A stretch of DNA of 64,000 nucleotides from Podarcis bocagei (Eukaryota): the NCBI GenBank assembly GCA_964188305.1, contig OZ076899.1; one strand, given 5' to 3'. Of this stretch, positions 26,701-39,212 are shown piece after piece (position 1 is the stretch's first letter; every line of letters starts with the position of its first letter). Made by a program: the position numbers and the translations under genes. The notes under the pieces were generated by a model. The model ran no database searches. It was not told where the DNA came from and saw only the letters and a program-made list of their open reading frames with translations.

Positions 26701-26977
26701 TGCTGTAGTGTAGTGCTTATGCGACTGTGAATAAAAGGTGGTTGGGCTCATTGTCTTGGGATATGGCAGGGAAGAGGTGACAAAACTGATTTCCAATAAG
26801 TGCCCCCCCTTTATTTCCATTACAAGTCCTTGAGTCTGTACTCTGAATGGTGACACCAGGGACCTAGAAGGTGCAGGGCTTGTCAGTCCAACCCCTGCAC
26901 AGTCTCATCAGGGCTGACCTTAAGGCAATTGGAGCAACTGGACCAAATTGGGCCCTGCGGGCCACTCCTAAGGGCAA

Positions 26978-27023
26978 TCTAGATGGATTTTATTTATATC
27001 TAGATGGATTTTATTTATATCTA
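26978..27023. repeat. 21-bp perfect tandem duplication
   Basis: tctagatggattttatttata x2. Confidence 0.9.
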
Positions 27024-27148
27024 TAAGATTTTGCAGACTTTGGCTGTGAACTGGGGCCCAACAAAAAAAAATAATCAAGTTGCGCCCCACTGCTTCAAAT
27101 TGGGCCCCCACTGGCTAGCTCTGAGTCTAATAGTTGCTGGGCCTGAGT

Positions 27149-27360
27149 TGCCCTGCCCTTGCATGAAGTCTTGGGTTTACAATTTTGGGAGAGGGGAGAC
27201 TGTGGCACTGGGGAACGGGCAGGCTGGCGATGCCCCCTAAATTTAGAGGCCTGACTTGCCCTGTCCTCACATGAAGTCTTGGGTTTGCAATTTTGGGAGA
27301 GGATAGATTGCCCGCTGGGGAGCGGGAGGACTGGCGAGGCCCCCTAGATTTAGAGGCCCT
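27149..27360. repeat. Diverged ~107-bp tandem duplication
   Basis: ttgccctg..catgaagtcttgggttt.caattttgggagagg...atttagaggcc occurs twice (from 27149 and 27256). Confidence 0.85.
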
Positions 27361-28949
27361 GGCTTCAGCCTACTTAGCCTATACATAAATCTGGCACTGC
27401 TCCAGTGGCCAACCAGGTGCCCCACTAGGAAGCCCATATCCCTGAACTGTCCCAATAAAATCAGGACACCCCATTTTTTCACATGAGAACATGGCATCCC
27501 CAAACATCCACTTTTTGGCACCACGATCTTGCCCCGAAAAGTCTCTCCCCCCCCCCGGACTGTGATCTTTCATGGAGCCCCAAAACACACATCCTGGTTT
27601 TTTAACATGTTGGAGGGTATGGAGGCCTGTAAGCAAGACCTGAGCTCAAGAGCCTTCCCCACCTCCTGTGGTTTCCAGCAACTGATATTCAGAAGCATTA
27701 CTGCTTCTGAAGACAGAGGCAGAGCATGGTCAGCACAGCTAGTAGCCACTGATATCCTTATTCTCTCACGGGAATTTTAGTCCTCTTTTAAAGCCATCCA
27801 AGTTGGTGGCCGAAACCACCTCTGCTTGATTGCAATAAAACCTCTAAGCAGTTTACAAAAAATAAAATAAAATTATGTATAAAAACACTTAAAAACAAGT
27901 AATTAAAAGATGATTAAAATTGACTGAAGTCTAAAGACGAATTAAAACATGTTAACATCTATGTGTCTGGGTAGCCTTGCCAAGCAAAATTTTTTTAAGC
28001 AGGTATGGAAAAGCATCCACTCTAGGCAATTGTCAAGGCGTTCTAGAGTGTATGCTTTGCTACATGAAAAGGCAGATTTCTTAAAAGTGGGGTTGTAGCC
28101 AATGCTAAGCCTACTCAGGGTAGACCCACTGAAATAAAAGATTTAGGTCCATTTATTTCAGTGGGTCTGTGCTGCTGGCATCCGTCTGTCTTGAGAGACA
28201 ATGGAGTGCTCCTCCGGGGGGCAAAGGTAAACTGCTGTGTTAGCAACACTGATGTGACCACTCCAAGGTGCAAGCCTGGGCAGTGTGGCTGGGCTGCTCA
28301 GGGACATCTTCAGAAACATAAAACTGGGTGGCACAACCAGACCACTAAGATGGTCAACCAGATGGGCAGGTGGGCCTGGGGTGCTCATGCTCCCTCCCCA
28401 CAAGACAGGCACATCCATGGCCACTTGTCTCTCCCTGGTTCTCCCTCTCCTCCCCTGCCATGATGAAGGGGACCACTGCCACCCATAGAACGCCCCACAT
28501 TTTGCTGCTTTCTGCTTTCTCTTCTTGGCCCCCAAGGCTCTGGGGAATTGCACCCCAGAAGGCAGCTGTGCTTTTTTTGGAGCAATTTTGTAAAGAGAGG
28601 AAAAAAAGCCAATGAAAAATGAGCATGCATGGAAGGGATGCTGTAATCACTGCAGAGCGACTGACAGGCAGATCCAAGGGAAATGTGCTCTTTTTTTTAC
28701 ACAGATGTAAATTTAGAAAAATGACAAGGAAGGGAACAGAGAGGATTTTGATTTACGCCGATACCAGGAGCACTGGAGTGTGAGCACTGTGCGTGTGGTT
28801 AGAGAGAGTAGCCTGAGCAATTATATTTAAGGGTGGGGGTTCGTAAACATAAAGGATTGTAGCCAACTGAATTTTACTCATATTAGACCCACTGGTGGGT
28901 GTATGGGGTGTTAGGGGAGGGTGGGGAACATGACATGCTGCTTCTGAGG

Positions 28950-29311
28950 TAGAATCATAGAATAGAATCATAGAATCATAGAGTTGGAAGAGACCACAAG
29001 GGCCATCAAGTCCAACCCCCTGCCAAACAGGAAACACCATCAGAGCACTCCTGACATATGGTTGTCAAGCCTCTGCTTAAAGACCTCCAAAGTAGGAGAC
29101 TCCACCACACTCCTTGGCAGCAAATTCCACTGTCGAACAGCTCTTACTGTCAGGAAGTTCTTCCTAATGTTTAGGTGGAATCTTCTTTCTTGTAGTTTGG
29201 ATCCATTGCTCCGTGTCCGCTTCTCTGGAGCAGCAGAAAACAACTTTTCTCCCTCCTCTATGTGACATCCTTTTATATATTTGAACATGGCTATCATATC
29301 ACCCCTTAACT
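28950..29311 (-). mobile_element. Young CR1 LINE 3' fragment (inverted near-identical copy of 14083-14428)
   Basis: Same peptide and tail on the minus strand; about four substitutions and one 5-nt indel seen versus the first copy. Confidence 0.93.
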
Positions 29312-30921
29312 ACCCTTAAGGTAGTTTGTCCACCTTTGGTCTCCACTCTACACTCAGCTCTCACCTGTGGCTCCTAGAAGCTGTCAGCATGTGACAGCAG
29401 TTGCAACCTGGAAAACGGCTTTGACTAGCCAGCTAAACCAGGTGAGGGTAGCTGATGGGTCTCAAACCCTCATTGAGTTAGGGACTTCCCTTGCATGCAA
29501 AGGCAGGCTCTGGAGGATTCAGCAGACGAGAGCAATAGTGGGTCCAATGGACAAGAAGACGGTTTCTGCATGTGCTGCAGAGGGAAGTGATGGGTAGATC
29601 AACCTGGGAAGGTAGCCCACCTAGGAGAAGGAAAACACTGGTCCTAGACCTCCGATGCCTTGAGGGAGAAGAAAAGGCTAAGGAGTAAACCCTTCACAAA
29701 TCCAGAGTGGAGCCCCTAAGGCAGTTGGATGGTGCCTCTTTTGCCTCCTTCTGGCAACTCCTGCAGCCAAGCTGGTGCCAAATGTATTGCTTTGTTTCTT
29801 TGGACCAGATCAGCGAGGCTGAGAGGGAGGTCTTGTCATCTGAGCAGCCCAGGCCCACCTGGCTGACCCTCGTAGTGGTCTGGTTGTGTCACCCAGTTTT
29901 ATGTTTCTGAAGTGGTTGAGGTTCTCAAGATTCTTCCCATGAGTTCATTTTATTCATAGAAACATAGAACTGAAGAGTTGGGTGGTAATCAAAGGGCCAT
30001 TTAGCCCAACCTCCTGCAATGCAGAAATCACAGCTAAGGAACACAGGAAAGGCTTTTTCTCTGTTTCACCATTGCCTATTCTGGATCATTGAGGCCAGAT
30101 AAGTGGGTGGGTAGCTTTAGAACCAGATGATTTGGAGTGTAGCTACCCCAGACCTTGCCAACATGACCAGAGGATGCAGGGGCTGCTGTTGGCCATGCTG
30201 ACTGGGGCTGATGGGAGTTGCAGTCCATGACATCTGGAGGGTACCAGGCTGGGGAAGTCTCCTTCTTGCCACATTGCTCTATTTGGCCCACAATATGCAG
30301 AACTGCATCTCCTGTGTAGCATAATTTTTTCCCCCAGAATTTATGCTGTCACCTCCCCAAACTGTACAATTTTGGTGCAAAGAGAGGCTGGATTCTGTGA
30401 TTTTAAACCAATGTGCAGAGCACAGTCCAGGTTGCAGAGCCTATCTGTTGCCTCTGATATTGGTGGAGAAGAGGGAGGGAACCAATGAACCCTTTGGGGC
30501 ACTGAAGCCCCACTCCCTGATCAGGGGACAGTCTGCTCAGATCCTCTACCTTCCCATTTGGATCTCAATGCTTCTGCTGGACCTTTGAGTTGCCCCCCAC
30601 CGGGATTCCTCCTCCAAGAGGTTTTCTTCTGATAATTTGGTGTCCACTGGATTCAAGAGCTGTAGAATGCTCTCACTGCAGCAGAACAAATGTGTTAGTC
30701 AGACTCTCCTCCTCATCCTCTGCGTCTCCGGCCAAACAATATGACTGCATCTATCTGATCCACATTAACACCAGACCTCTTCTCTGCCTCTCCTGCCTTT
30801 TCCACTCTCTGCCCAAGACTTTCTACAATGCAAAAATCAAAGCCATCCACTCAGATCTTGCTTCCTCTTTCCCCTCCACTCTCCTAGTTGTCTATCACAT
30901 TTAGATCTTTTCCTTTTTGGA

Positions 30922-31110
30922 AGGGCCATAGCACAGTGGCAGAGTGTCTGACATGCAAGCAGAAGGTCTCATGTTCAATTCCTGGTGTCCCCAGGTAGGG
31001 CCTGGAGAGACTCCTTCCTGGAATCCTGGAGAGCCACTGTCTGTCAGTGTAGACAATGATGAGCTAGATGGACCAAGGGTCTGACAGCATAAGGCAGCAT
31101 CCTATGTTCC
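30922..31110 (+). mobile_element. tRNA-Ala-like SINE with (ATGTTCCT) tail
   Basis: gggccatagcacagtggcagag...gttcaattcc...gagctagatggaccaa...cctatgttcct; relatives at ~45945-46110(-), ~53600-53800(-) and 60747-61127. Confidence 0.7.
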
Positions 31111-31241
31111 TTTGTTTTTCTCTCCCCTGTCTCACTTGGTGAGTTGGCTTCCTTGCTGCCTTTTCCTAACACCAGTTCCACCTTTCTTGATCCCACTTCC
31201 TCCTGCCTCCTGGTAATAATCTCCTCTGTATTACCCAAACC

Positions 31242-31554
31242 CAGCGGCATAGCGTGGGGGGGGGGGTAGAGGGTGCAGAAATTGGGGGTGTACGTGCAAA
31301 ATTGCTAAAGAAAAATAAAGTGTTTTGAGGGTGTGTTTTTTTAAAAAAAATCAAGCACAATTAAAAATTCATTAAATAAATAATAATAAAATAAATGGTC
31401 ACCACTACTGTTGCCTCCCCAGCTTCCCTGTCCTTGCTGGGAAGACCTTTCCCCACTACCATCACTGCTACCATCCAGCCCTGACAGGAACCATGGGTTA
31501 GGGGGTGCAGTACTTGCCTTGCCCCGGGCACTGGCAACCCACACTATGCCACTG
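31242..31554. mobile_element. hAT MITE with the same termini as 7270-7665
   Basis: CAGCGGCATAGCGTGGG / CCCACACTATGCCACTG; perfect 8-bp TSD CCCAAACC (31234-31241, 31555-31562). Confidence 0.9.
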
Positions 31555-32489
31555 CCCAAACCTTCATCCTTGCCAGACTCACCAAGCACTTTCTCAGTGG
31601 GATCCCTCAGGGATCCCTTCTCAGCCCTCTGCTCTCTTCTCTCTACATGCTGCCTTTGGGTAACTTCATCAACAACATGGGTGCAACCCTGGAATCTGAA
31701 TCCATGCATTCAGCCTGGGCCATGTGGTCCCAGTAGGTTTTGATATAGCCAAAGAAAGACTTGCAGGAGGTGGAGTCTGGAATGGAAGAAAAAGGTGGCT
31801 ACTCTTGGCTATGCCTGGGCAAGTCCCCACTTCATTTAGCACCGGGGTTGGCTAACCTGTGACCCTCCAGATAACAGTCTTGGCCTCCAAGTTCCCACCA
31901 GCCCTGATCAGCAGAACCAATGGTCAGGGATGATGTAGACGAGCAACAGCTAGAGAGTCACAGGTTAGCCATCCCTCCTTTTGGACCACCTGGGCTGCCT
32001 TGCATCTTATTTCCAAGTCTATATGAGCTCTGGGATTGCTGCAGAATGTTGCCTCTTTCCTAGCCTGGAAAGCCCTTGTTGTTGTCAGAGTCGAGTGGAT
32101 TTTCTCCAGCATCTGCATTCCCTGAATTCCCATCCAGTGGCATGAGACAGAATACAAACTATGTGCTAGCATGCCCGGGGGAAACATTGGGTGGGGGGAG
32201 GGAAGACATGCTCCTTTCCATATGTTCATTTGCTTCTGAGGGGCGCAGCATGAGCTCTCCCTGAAAGGAGGGCTGATTCTCAACCTCTCTCTCTTGATAT
32301 AATGTTTTACTTTATTTTATTTCAGGCTTAAAAGCTGCATTTTGTCACTCAACAGTTGTATTCCAATTCTACAATACTGATGACTTCCTGCTCACTCATC
32401 ATCGATGTTTACAATCAAGCTTACAGACAATTGCGTTTTTAAATTCCCTCATGTCCAATTGCACCCTCTTTAACCAACTTCTTAGTGTA

Positions 32490-32742
32490 CAGTGGTACCT
32501 CGGGTTACAGACGCTTCAGGTTACAGACGCTTCAGGTTACAGACGCTTCAGGTTACAGACTCCACTAACCCAGAAATATTACCTCAGGTTAAGAACTTCA
32601 GGATGAGAACAGAAATTGCACAACTACGGCTTGGTGGCAGCGGGAAGCCCCATTAGCTAAAGTGGTGCTTCAGGTTAAGAATGGTTTCAGGTTAAGAACA
32701 GACCTCTGGAACGAATTAAGTACATAACCAGAGGCACCACTG
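32490..32742. mobile_element. Tc1/mariner MITE with internal 16-bp tandem (GGTTACAGACGCTTCA x3)
   Basis: TA|CAGTGGTACCTC ... GAGGCACCACTG|TA. Confidence 0.9.
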
Positions 32743-33564
32743 TATTCTGCTTTTCTCCCTTTAAACGTCAAACCCTGCAGTGGACTTCACGTAGGGAAAA
32801 GAGCCTTTTAAATAGACTATGAAAGGTTTCTAGTCCTCCTTGAATGATTCTAAGAATCAATGCTTTCAGTTTTGCCATCTCTGCATATTCCAGGATTATC
32901 ACCAGCCAGTCTTCCTTTGAGGGTATTTTCTTATCTTTTCACTTCTGTGCATAAAGATTCCTTGCTGCTGTAGTTATATACATAACTACAATTGAATTTT
33001 TCTTTGGGATTTCACTGCTCAGTATCCCCATCAGGAAGGCTTCTGGCCTTTTGGGAAAGGTCAGCTTATTTTTTAAAACAAAATTCATCATATATCATGT
33101 CCCAAAAGGCCTTGGTCTGAAGGTAGAGCTGATTCTCAAAGTTCTGACCAACCAGCAGCCAATGCTACAGCAGCAGGGTCTTCCCAGCCTTGACTGTCTA
33201 TATGTTTTGCCTGGGTCATCATGATGGCCCCCATTCTTTGATTCTTCCCCAGGCAAGGAGCAGTCAACTGGATGAGTTGGACTCCTGGCATCAGAGGCAG
33301 AGGTTCTGGGTCGCAGTCCAGGCCACAGTACCACAGCTGGGCCTGCACCAGAGCTAAGGATGGGGGCAAAATTCAATCTACTTCACGTTTACAGGAGAAG
33401 TTATCAAATCCACATGTTCTGATACAATATGCAAACTGAAACACATTCACACGTCTCTGAATTTTGCAATGCAGTTCTCTAACCAAATCATGTGTACAAA
33501 AATGCACATGTCTGTGAAAATAACATACCTATGTTTGGGAAAGCTGCTTTGCAAAAATGTGTAT

Positions 33565-34080
33565 TGTTGTGAGTTTGGGAGGTGGGGGTGTTAGGCTGTA
33601 GGCCTGAGCCCCCCTTCTAATTTCTGGATCTAGCAGGGATTCCATTGCTGGAATAGCCAGGCCAGCCTGGTAATTTTTCTGCTAAGTATGGGTCATTAAG
33701 GTAACAAAGGAAGTGGCTCTGTGCCAGAGGACACATGAGTGTCCCCACTCCTTCATATGGCTGGTAGTTAGAAAGACAAAAGCCAGAGCCGGAGTTGTGT
33801 GAGAGAGAAGGAGGCTGCAGGGAGAAGCATGAGAGTGAGAGCTATGCCTGATTTCTGCTGGAATCCAAGACTGTGGCTATGGGAGAAGCAGAGCATTATT
33901 GGGGTGCTAACCGCCGTGAGCTCCTCCATTGTAGGCTCAGGTTGTATATGTGTGTAAATAAACCATACATCCTAAAGACACTTCAGTCTCTGCTGGCATT
34001 CCTTCCAAGGAAACTAAACCCTGGGTAAATGCCTGGCACCCCTGCAATCTCTCACCGCTCTGATATTTGGGTGGCGTGCA
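33565..34080 (+). mobile_element. Solo LTR-like element nested in a hAT-like repeat
   Basis: TG...CA ends, internal AATAAA (~33957), homology to 8766-9572; the host repeat resumes on both sides. Confidence 0.7.
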
Positions 34081-34508
34081 TTAGGCGTGTATTAGGGAAG
34101 ATTGCATTCAAACACGTGTCTGTGTTTGAATGTGCACTAAAATGCTGGTGAATTTTCATGTGGGCTTTTTAAGATAAATTGAAAACAGATGTAGAAATGT
34201 GGAGAACTGAAACTGGAAAAACCAGACACTGAAAGAAACCACGGGATCTGAAAATATGAAACTTTTCTCATCCCTCCAAGAATGCAGTCAGGTTAGCTGA
34301 CTTCCCCGATTTTCCTTCCCCACTTCTGCCTTTTATTATTTTCCCCCACTAGATTTCATCAGGATCTCTGGGTGAGGCAGAGCTGTATGCCCCCTTCCAA
34401 ACCTCTACTCAAAAAAGCCTTACAATAATACACAATGTTAAAGGCACTTGTCTGTGAGTTGGATGACTGGAGGATGCTGCTGGTGTGTGCAAATGGATGG
34501 AGGGGTGT

Positions 34509-34509
<1 letters not shown>

Positions 34510-34586
<77 letters not shown>
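34510..34586. repeat. (GT)n(GA)n compound microsatellite
   Basis: Direct reading. Confidence 0.97.
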
Positions 34587-34590
<4 letters not shown>

Positions 34591-35034
34591 CACTTGAGGG
34601 TGTGATTTTTGTGTATGTGTGTGCATAAGTGAAAGAGAAAAGGTGCAGGTGATAGACGTTGGCCGGTTAAAGCAGTTCTTTGAAACTCAGAGGGAACACT
34701 TCCTGCCATGATCTTTTAAAAAAATGAATAAGTGTGTGTGTGTGTGTGCATGTGTGTGCGTACATGGAAAAGTCTACATTGCAACAATGAATCATGCTCC
34801 TATCCTGGAATCTGTGGGATAATTACAACCTACACAAGGTAGTTTAGAAAAGCCAAAAACAATATAGAAGAAGAAAGAGCCAAGGAGCTGACGGAAGATG
34901 ATGGGTAAGCTCCATCGTTTGTTGCCCAAGGTCCTCAGCTTAGTTCCTTTCACTTAAAAGGAACTGGATTAGACAAATGCAAAGAAGATTAGACAAATTC
35001 ATGGCTATTGATGGCTACCAGTCACGAGGGTTAT

Positions 35035-35413
35035 TTTTTAAAAAAAGATATTTATGACAAGTTTTTAAGATATAACAAGAAAAAAGAAAAATAAACATAC
35101 AAAATAAAAAACAGTTAAAAACACACATTAATTTTCAATAACATAACTTCCATACACTTATTTCCTCGGACCTCCTCATACCTCCCTTCTTTGTATTCCA
35201 GTTCGATTTGTTAGTTCAGCAAATCCTTACCATTAAACTTTTACCTATTTGTGAAACCTCTCCCCCCCCCATATCTCTTAAAGCATTACAGCTGGAAACC
35301 GCTTAGTTTTTATCCAACATCCTTCTAACATTTATTAATTTTACAATGTTTCTGTAAGTAGTCTTTGAATTTCTTCCAGTCTTCTTTCACCGACTCTTCT
35401 CCCTGGTCTCAGA
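35035..35413 (-). mobile_element. 5'-truncated L1 insertion
   Basis: Perfect 16-bp TSD CAGTCACGAGGGTTAT (35019-35034, 35414-35429); minus-strand peptide DQGEESVKEDWKKFKDYLQKHCKINKC* followed by an AT-rich 3'UTR. Confidence 0.85.
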
Positions 35414-35455
35414 CAGTCACGAGGGTTATGCTCTGTCTCCATAGCTGGAAGCAGC

Positions 35456-36386
35456 TGTTACATGTCACCCCAATCTCTGAGCAGTGCGAGATTCCAGGGG
35501 TACCAGGGGTGCTTAGCAGAGTCTGTGTTTCCTTTTGGGTGATGAGGCAGAGCAGAAGAGTTTGGAAGAGTTTGGATTTGATACCCCACTTTATCACTAC
35601 CTGAAGGAGTCTTAAAGTGGCTAACATTCTCCTTTCTCTTCCTCCCCCACAACAAAGACTCTGTGAGGTGAGTGGGGCTGAGAGACTTCAGAGAAGTGTG
35701 ACTGGCCCAAGGTCACCCAGCAGCTGCATGTGGAGGAGCGGAGACGCGAACCCGGTTCACCAGATTATGAGTCCACTGCTCTTAACCACTACACCACACT
35801 GGCAGAGACTGTGGTGTCTTTTATGATACATGGTTTATTTACACATATATACAACCTGCGTCTAGATGGAGAGTGTGCAGAGCATTCACATCACAAGGGG
35901 GTCCTATTCTTTCCATTGCTGCAGCCTTTGAGTCCAAGAGACTCCAAACATCGTGTCCAACTCTCTTTGCTGAATAAAACAAGACTTTCCTCTTTCTGCT
36001 CTGGTCTCCACTGCCAAGCTTGCAAAAATGGCACTTTTTTCTGTTCTGTGCTTGGCCCCAATAGAGCCTTCTGTTACATGCAAGCAGCAGCTTCTTTTTT
36101 ATTGTTAAAGAAACATGAAATGTATAATTTGGCCCTGAGAAGGTGGTGAGTCTTCTAGGAAAATCTCCAGTGAAGATTGTAGCATTTGGGCAAGGGGACC
36201 CTCTGGAGAACTGGCTTCCAATCTGCTCCACATTTATTGCTAGGACCTCCCCTAAACCCTAGAAATTAATAAAAGGTAGGATTTTAATTATTGGGGAAGT
36301 GAAGGGAGAAATACAAGCTGCAGAGGAATTCTTGAGCTAGCCTACACAAAATGACCTGGCCAAGTTGGGGCCATTAAGAAACAACA
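35456..36386 (-). mobile_element. Solo LTR-like element interrupted by a SINE
   Basis: TGTTAC...AACAACA ends; U5-like segment shared with the 8766, 33565 and 62283 copies (tttatttacacatatatacaacctg). Confidence 0.6.
35550..35802 (-). mobile_element. tRNA/CORE-type SINE
   Basis: Close homologue of 16461-16697; short direct repeat GGCAGAG at the flanks. Confidence 0.8.
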
Positions 36387-39051
36387 CATTGAGAGCCATT
36401 GGCAATGCAAGAAAACTGTCCTCCCCTCTTGCCCTGAGATGTGAACAGAGGCTGGGGGTTTGGAAGGTAGTCAGGGTAACTGGATGTGGGTTGACAGGAA
36501 AAGAGAGGGGTTTTTTTAAGCAAGGTGCTCTGCCAAGAAGAAGGAAGACGAAAGAGGGGCATCCATCTTGGGCAGGCTGGCTGAAGGTTGGCTGGGAGAG
36601 ATACCTTGGACTCCATGGCTACCCTGCTGTCGGGGCCAACCCCCTCTTGAAATGACCATGCCGTAAGATCTGTACTCCCTTCATGCAGACCGAAAGCTTA
36701 AATAGGTGACTAAACCATGTTTCTTAAAGCTACAACAGTCTCCGTTGTGTCTCCAAAGGAACACAGACCCTGGGTGAGTGCCTGGACCCCCATGGACTCT
36801 TGCTACTGCTCGGCAGAGAGAGGGGGAGGCACCCAGCTTTGGGAACAATATAATAACAGCCAAGTTTGATTCCAAGCTTTTGTTTTTCTACAGTGATTTG
36901 AAGCAGAAATGCACAATCGAAGGGGAAAAACCACCCAAGCCGGGCCACAGCAAATGCCATTTTGGGCACAGAAGCATCAACCAGAAGACCCATTGACTCA
37001 ACAATTGCTCTCAAGTGCCATGTCTTGCTACTGCCTCACAAACAGCACCATCTCACAGCGAGTGCTCATAGCTTGGGCATGCCTCGAGGACCTTGACAAA
37101 TGCGAGGGAATATAATTGTGCACTCGGCAGCCCTGCCCCCCACCATCTCTGCCCTCCACTCCCCGCTCGCAGGACTGGAACAATATGCCACTTCCCATCC
37201 ACCTCCGAGCTGTTCCCATTAAATAAGAATAAACTTGGCAACAGTTTCCCATCCCTGGAATCTAGGACAGTGGGTTACGCGAGATAGTTGCTCTTGAATG
37301 AGCAGGGAAGAGAAAGAAGCCTTTGCCAGAGATGGGAGTCTAAATTCCACATGAGAGGTTTTGACCAGAGATATGCCGGCGGCAAAGGGGGTGATGTTGA
37401 AAAGATGCCTTTCTGGCCAGGGCTCACGATGACCTTGGAAAGGGTCGCAGGATCAGACAAAAACAGCACTTGGAATTTATTTCAAAATGAAGATTGTTCT
37501 GCCTAGAGAGCTCTGCTTTCTGTCCTGGAAGCCCTAAGGTGAGAAGTGTGGAAGAGAACCACATGGCTTTCTTCTCATTGACCTCAATGATCACAGAATC
37601 TCATTGACCAAAGAATCACAGAACTGTAGAGTTGGAAAGGACCCCAATGGTCATCTAGTCCAACCCTCTTCAATGCAGGAATCATAGCTCAAGAATCCCT
37701 GGTAGATGGCCATCCAATTTCTGTTTTAAAACCTCTAGTGAAAGAGAGACCATATTATGAGGGTGCAGTGGTGGCGGTGGGAGAAATTCAGGCTGGTTCA
37801 TGTTCTAATGTGAGCCTCCCTGACTTCCTCTTCGGGAAAGTAGTGAGCCACTCTTCAGAAGGTGCACTGGATTCTGCAATGCAGTCCTTCAACCTGAAAA
37901 TGCTTGCAAAATGCACGTATAAAGGGAAAGCGATATATTAGCGAAAAGGACATTAAAAGGCAGGATACTCAGGGAAAGTGCTTGCAAAAATGGTGTCCGT
38001 TAGGCAAAATTGCATATACAAAATGCACAGTGATTTTTTTCTTCTGAGGACTTAAAAAATATATGAACTGATGTGAAATGTGGTAGACTCAATTTCAGAA
38101 TGAGCCCAGAGGACAATCATGAGGGCAGATGCTGCAGCCTCATTGCTAATCTCTTCTCTTCTCTGCTTGCTTTTTTATTTTAGCCATCTCTGCCTGGCAT
38201 GGTTAGCTTATGGGGTGACTGGCAGTGGGCAGCAGTGAGCACTGGTGCTCAGCAGAGAAGGACCAGGTTGGGCGGCTGCAGCTGCTGCTCTCTTCATTTC
38301 CTTGGGTGTGGGTACTTGTGGGTGTGGGGATCAAAGAGACATAGAGGTGAATTTTATCAGTTCCAGTTTCTCTCCATTTTTCATTTGTCCAGTCTTAAAT
38401 TCAGTTCTCCACATTTTCACTTCAGTTTGTTATTAAAAAGATAAAAAATCTCAATGAAGATTCATAAACATTTTATGCAAATTGGTATATATTTTTGCAA
38501 AGCCATTTCCCCCTAGTAGAATGCATTTCTATGTGTCTTTTTACTAATGCATGCATTTTCCTACATATTGCTTGAATGGCACTGAAAAATTTGGCAAAGT
38601 GAATTTTGAAGGGTGTTCTGTGTTTTGGTTCACGTATTGTTTCAAAAAGTGTGAATTGGGCATGTTTACCTTTAAATGCAAACTGACTTGAATTTCTCTC
38701 TCTGCCACTAACCAGAGGTCAGTTTGACCTGCCTCTCCCCCAAACCTGGCCCTGTGTGAGGTGCTTTTGCTGTGAGGGCTGTGTGTCTCCATCTTTGCCT
38801 ATTGCAGAGGAATACTGGGTCAGTTTTAGATTATATTTTAATTTCTATGCTGTTTTCCCCACGGCAGAAAATAGCACTCAGAACAGTGTCCAAGCACACA
38901 AAAAATATCAATTCAAGAGGATTTGAGGATAGTTTTGCCTGCAAACAATATTGACACTAAATAATGCAAGGAAAACTCTTGAGTAACAAAGAAACAAACA
39001 TGCTATAAACACAAAGAATATGAATGATGCTTAATGCACAAACACAAAGAG

Positions 39052-39212
39052 AACTGAAATAGCTCAGTTGGCTAGAGCATGGTGCTGATAACGCCAGGGT
39101 TGCAGGTTTGATTCCTGTGTGGGACAGTTGTATATTCTTGCATTGTAGGGGGTTGGTCTAGAATAATGATCCTCAGGGTCCCTTCCAACTCTACAATTCT
39201 ATGGTTCTATGA
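39052..39212 (+). mobile_element. SINE with tRNA-Ile-derived head and CR1-type tail
   Basis: agctcagttggctagagcatggtgctGATaacgccagggttgcaggtttgattcc resembles tRNA-Ile; tail cccttccaactctacaattctatggttctatga. Confidence 0.8.

Noticed and set aside
26369-26782. Solo LTR
   Set aside because: AATAAA and a terminal CA are present, but there is no matching TSD or second copy in the window, so it is too weak to call.
32503-32560. CRISPR-like or other regular repeat array
   Set aside because: Spacer-less 16-bp tandem inside a Tc1 MITE; no repeat-spacer structure seen anywhere, and the DNA is eukaryotic.
39052-39125. Functional tRNA-Ile(GAT) gene (likewise tRNA-Lys at 6849)
   Set aside because: Broken acceptor and T stems and direct fusion to a CR1 tail indicate SINE heads.
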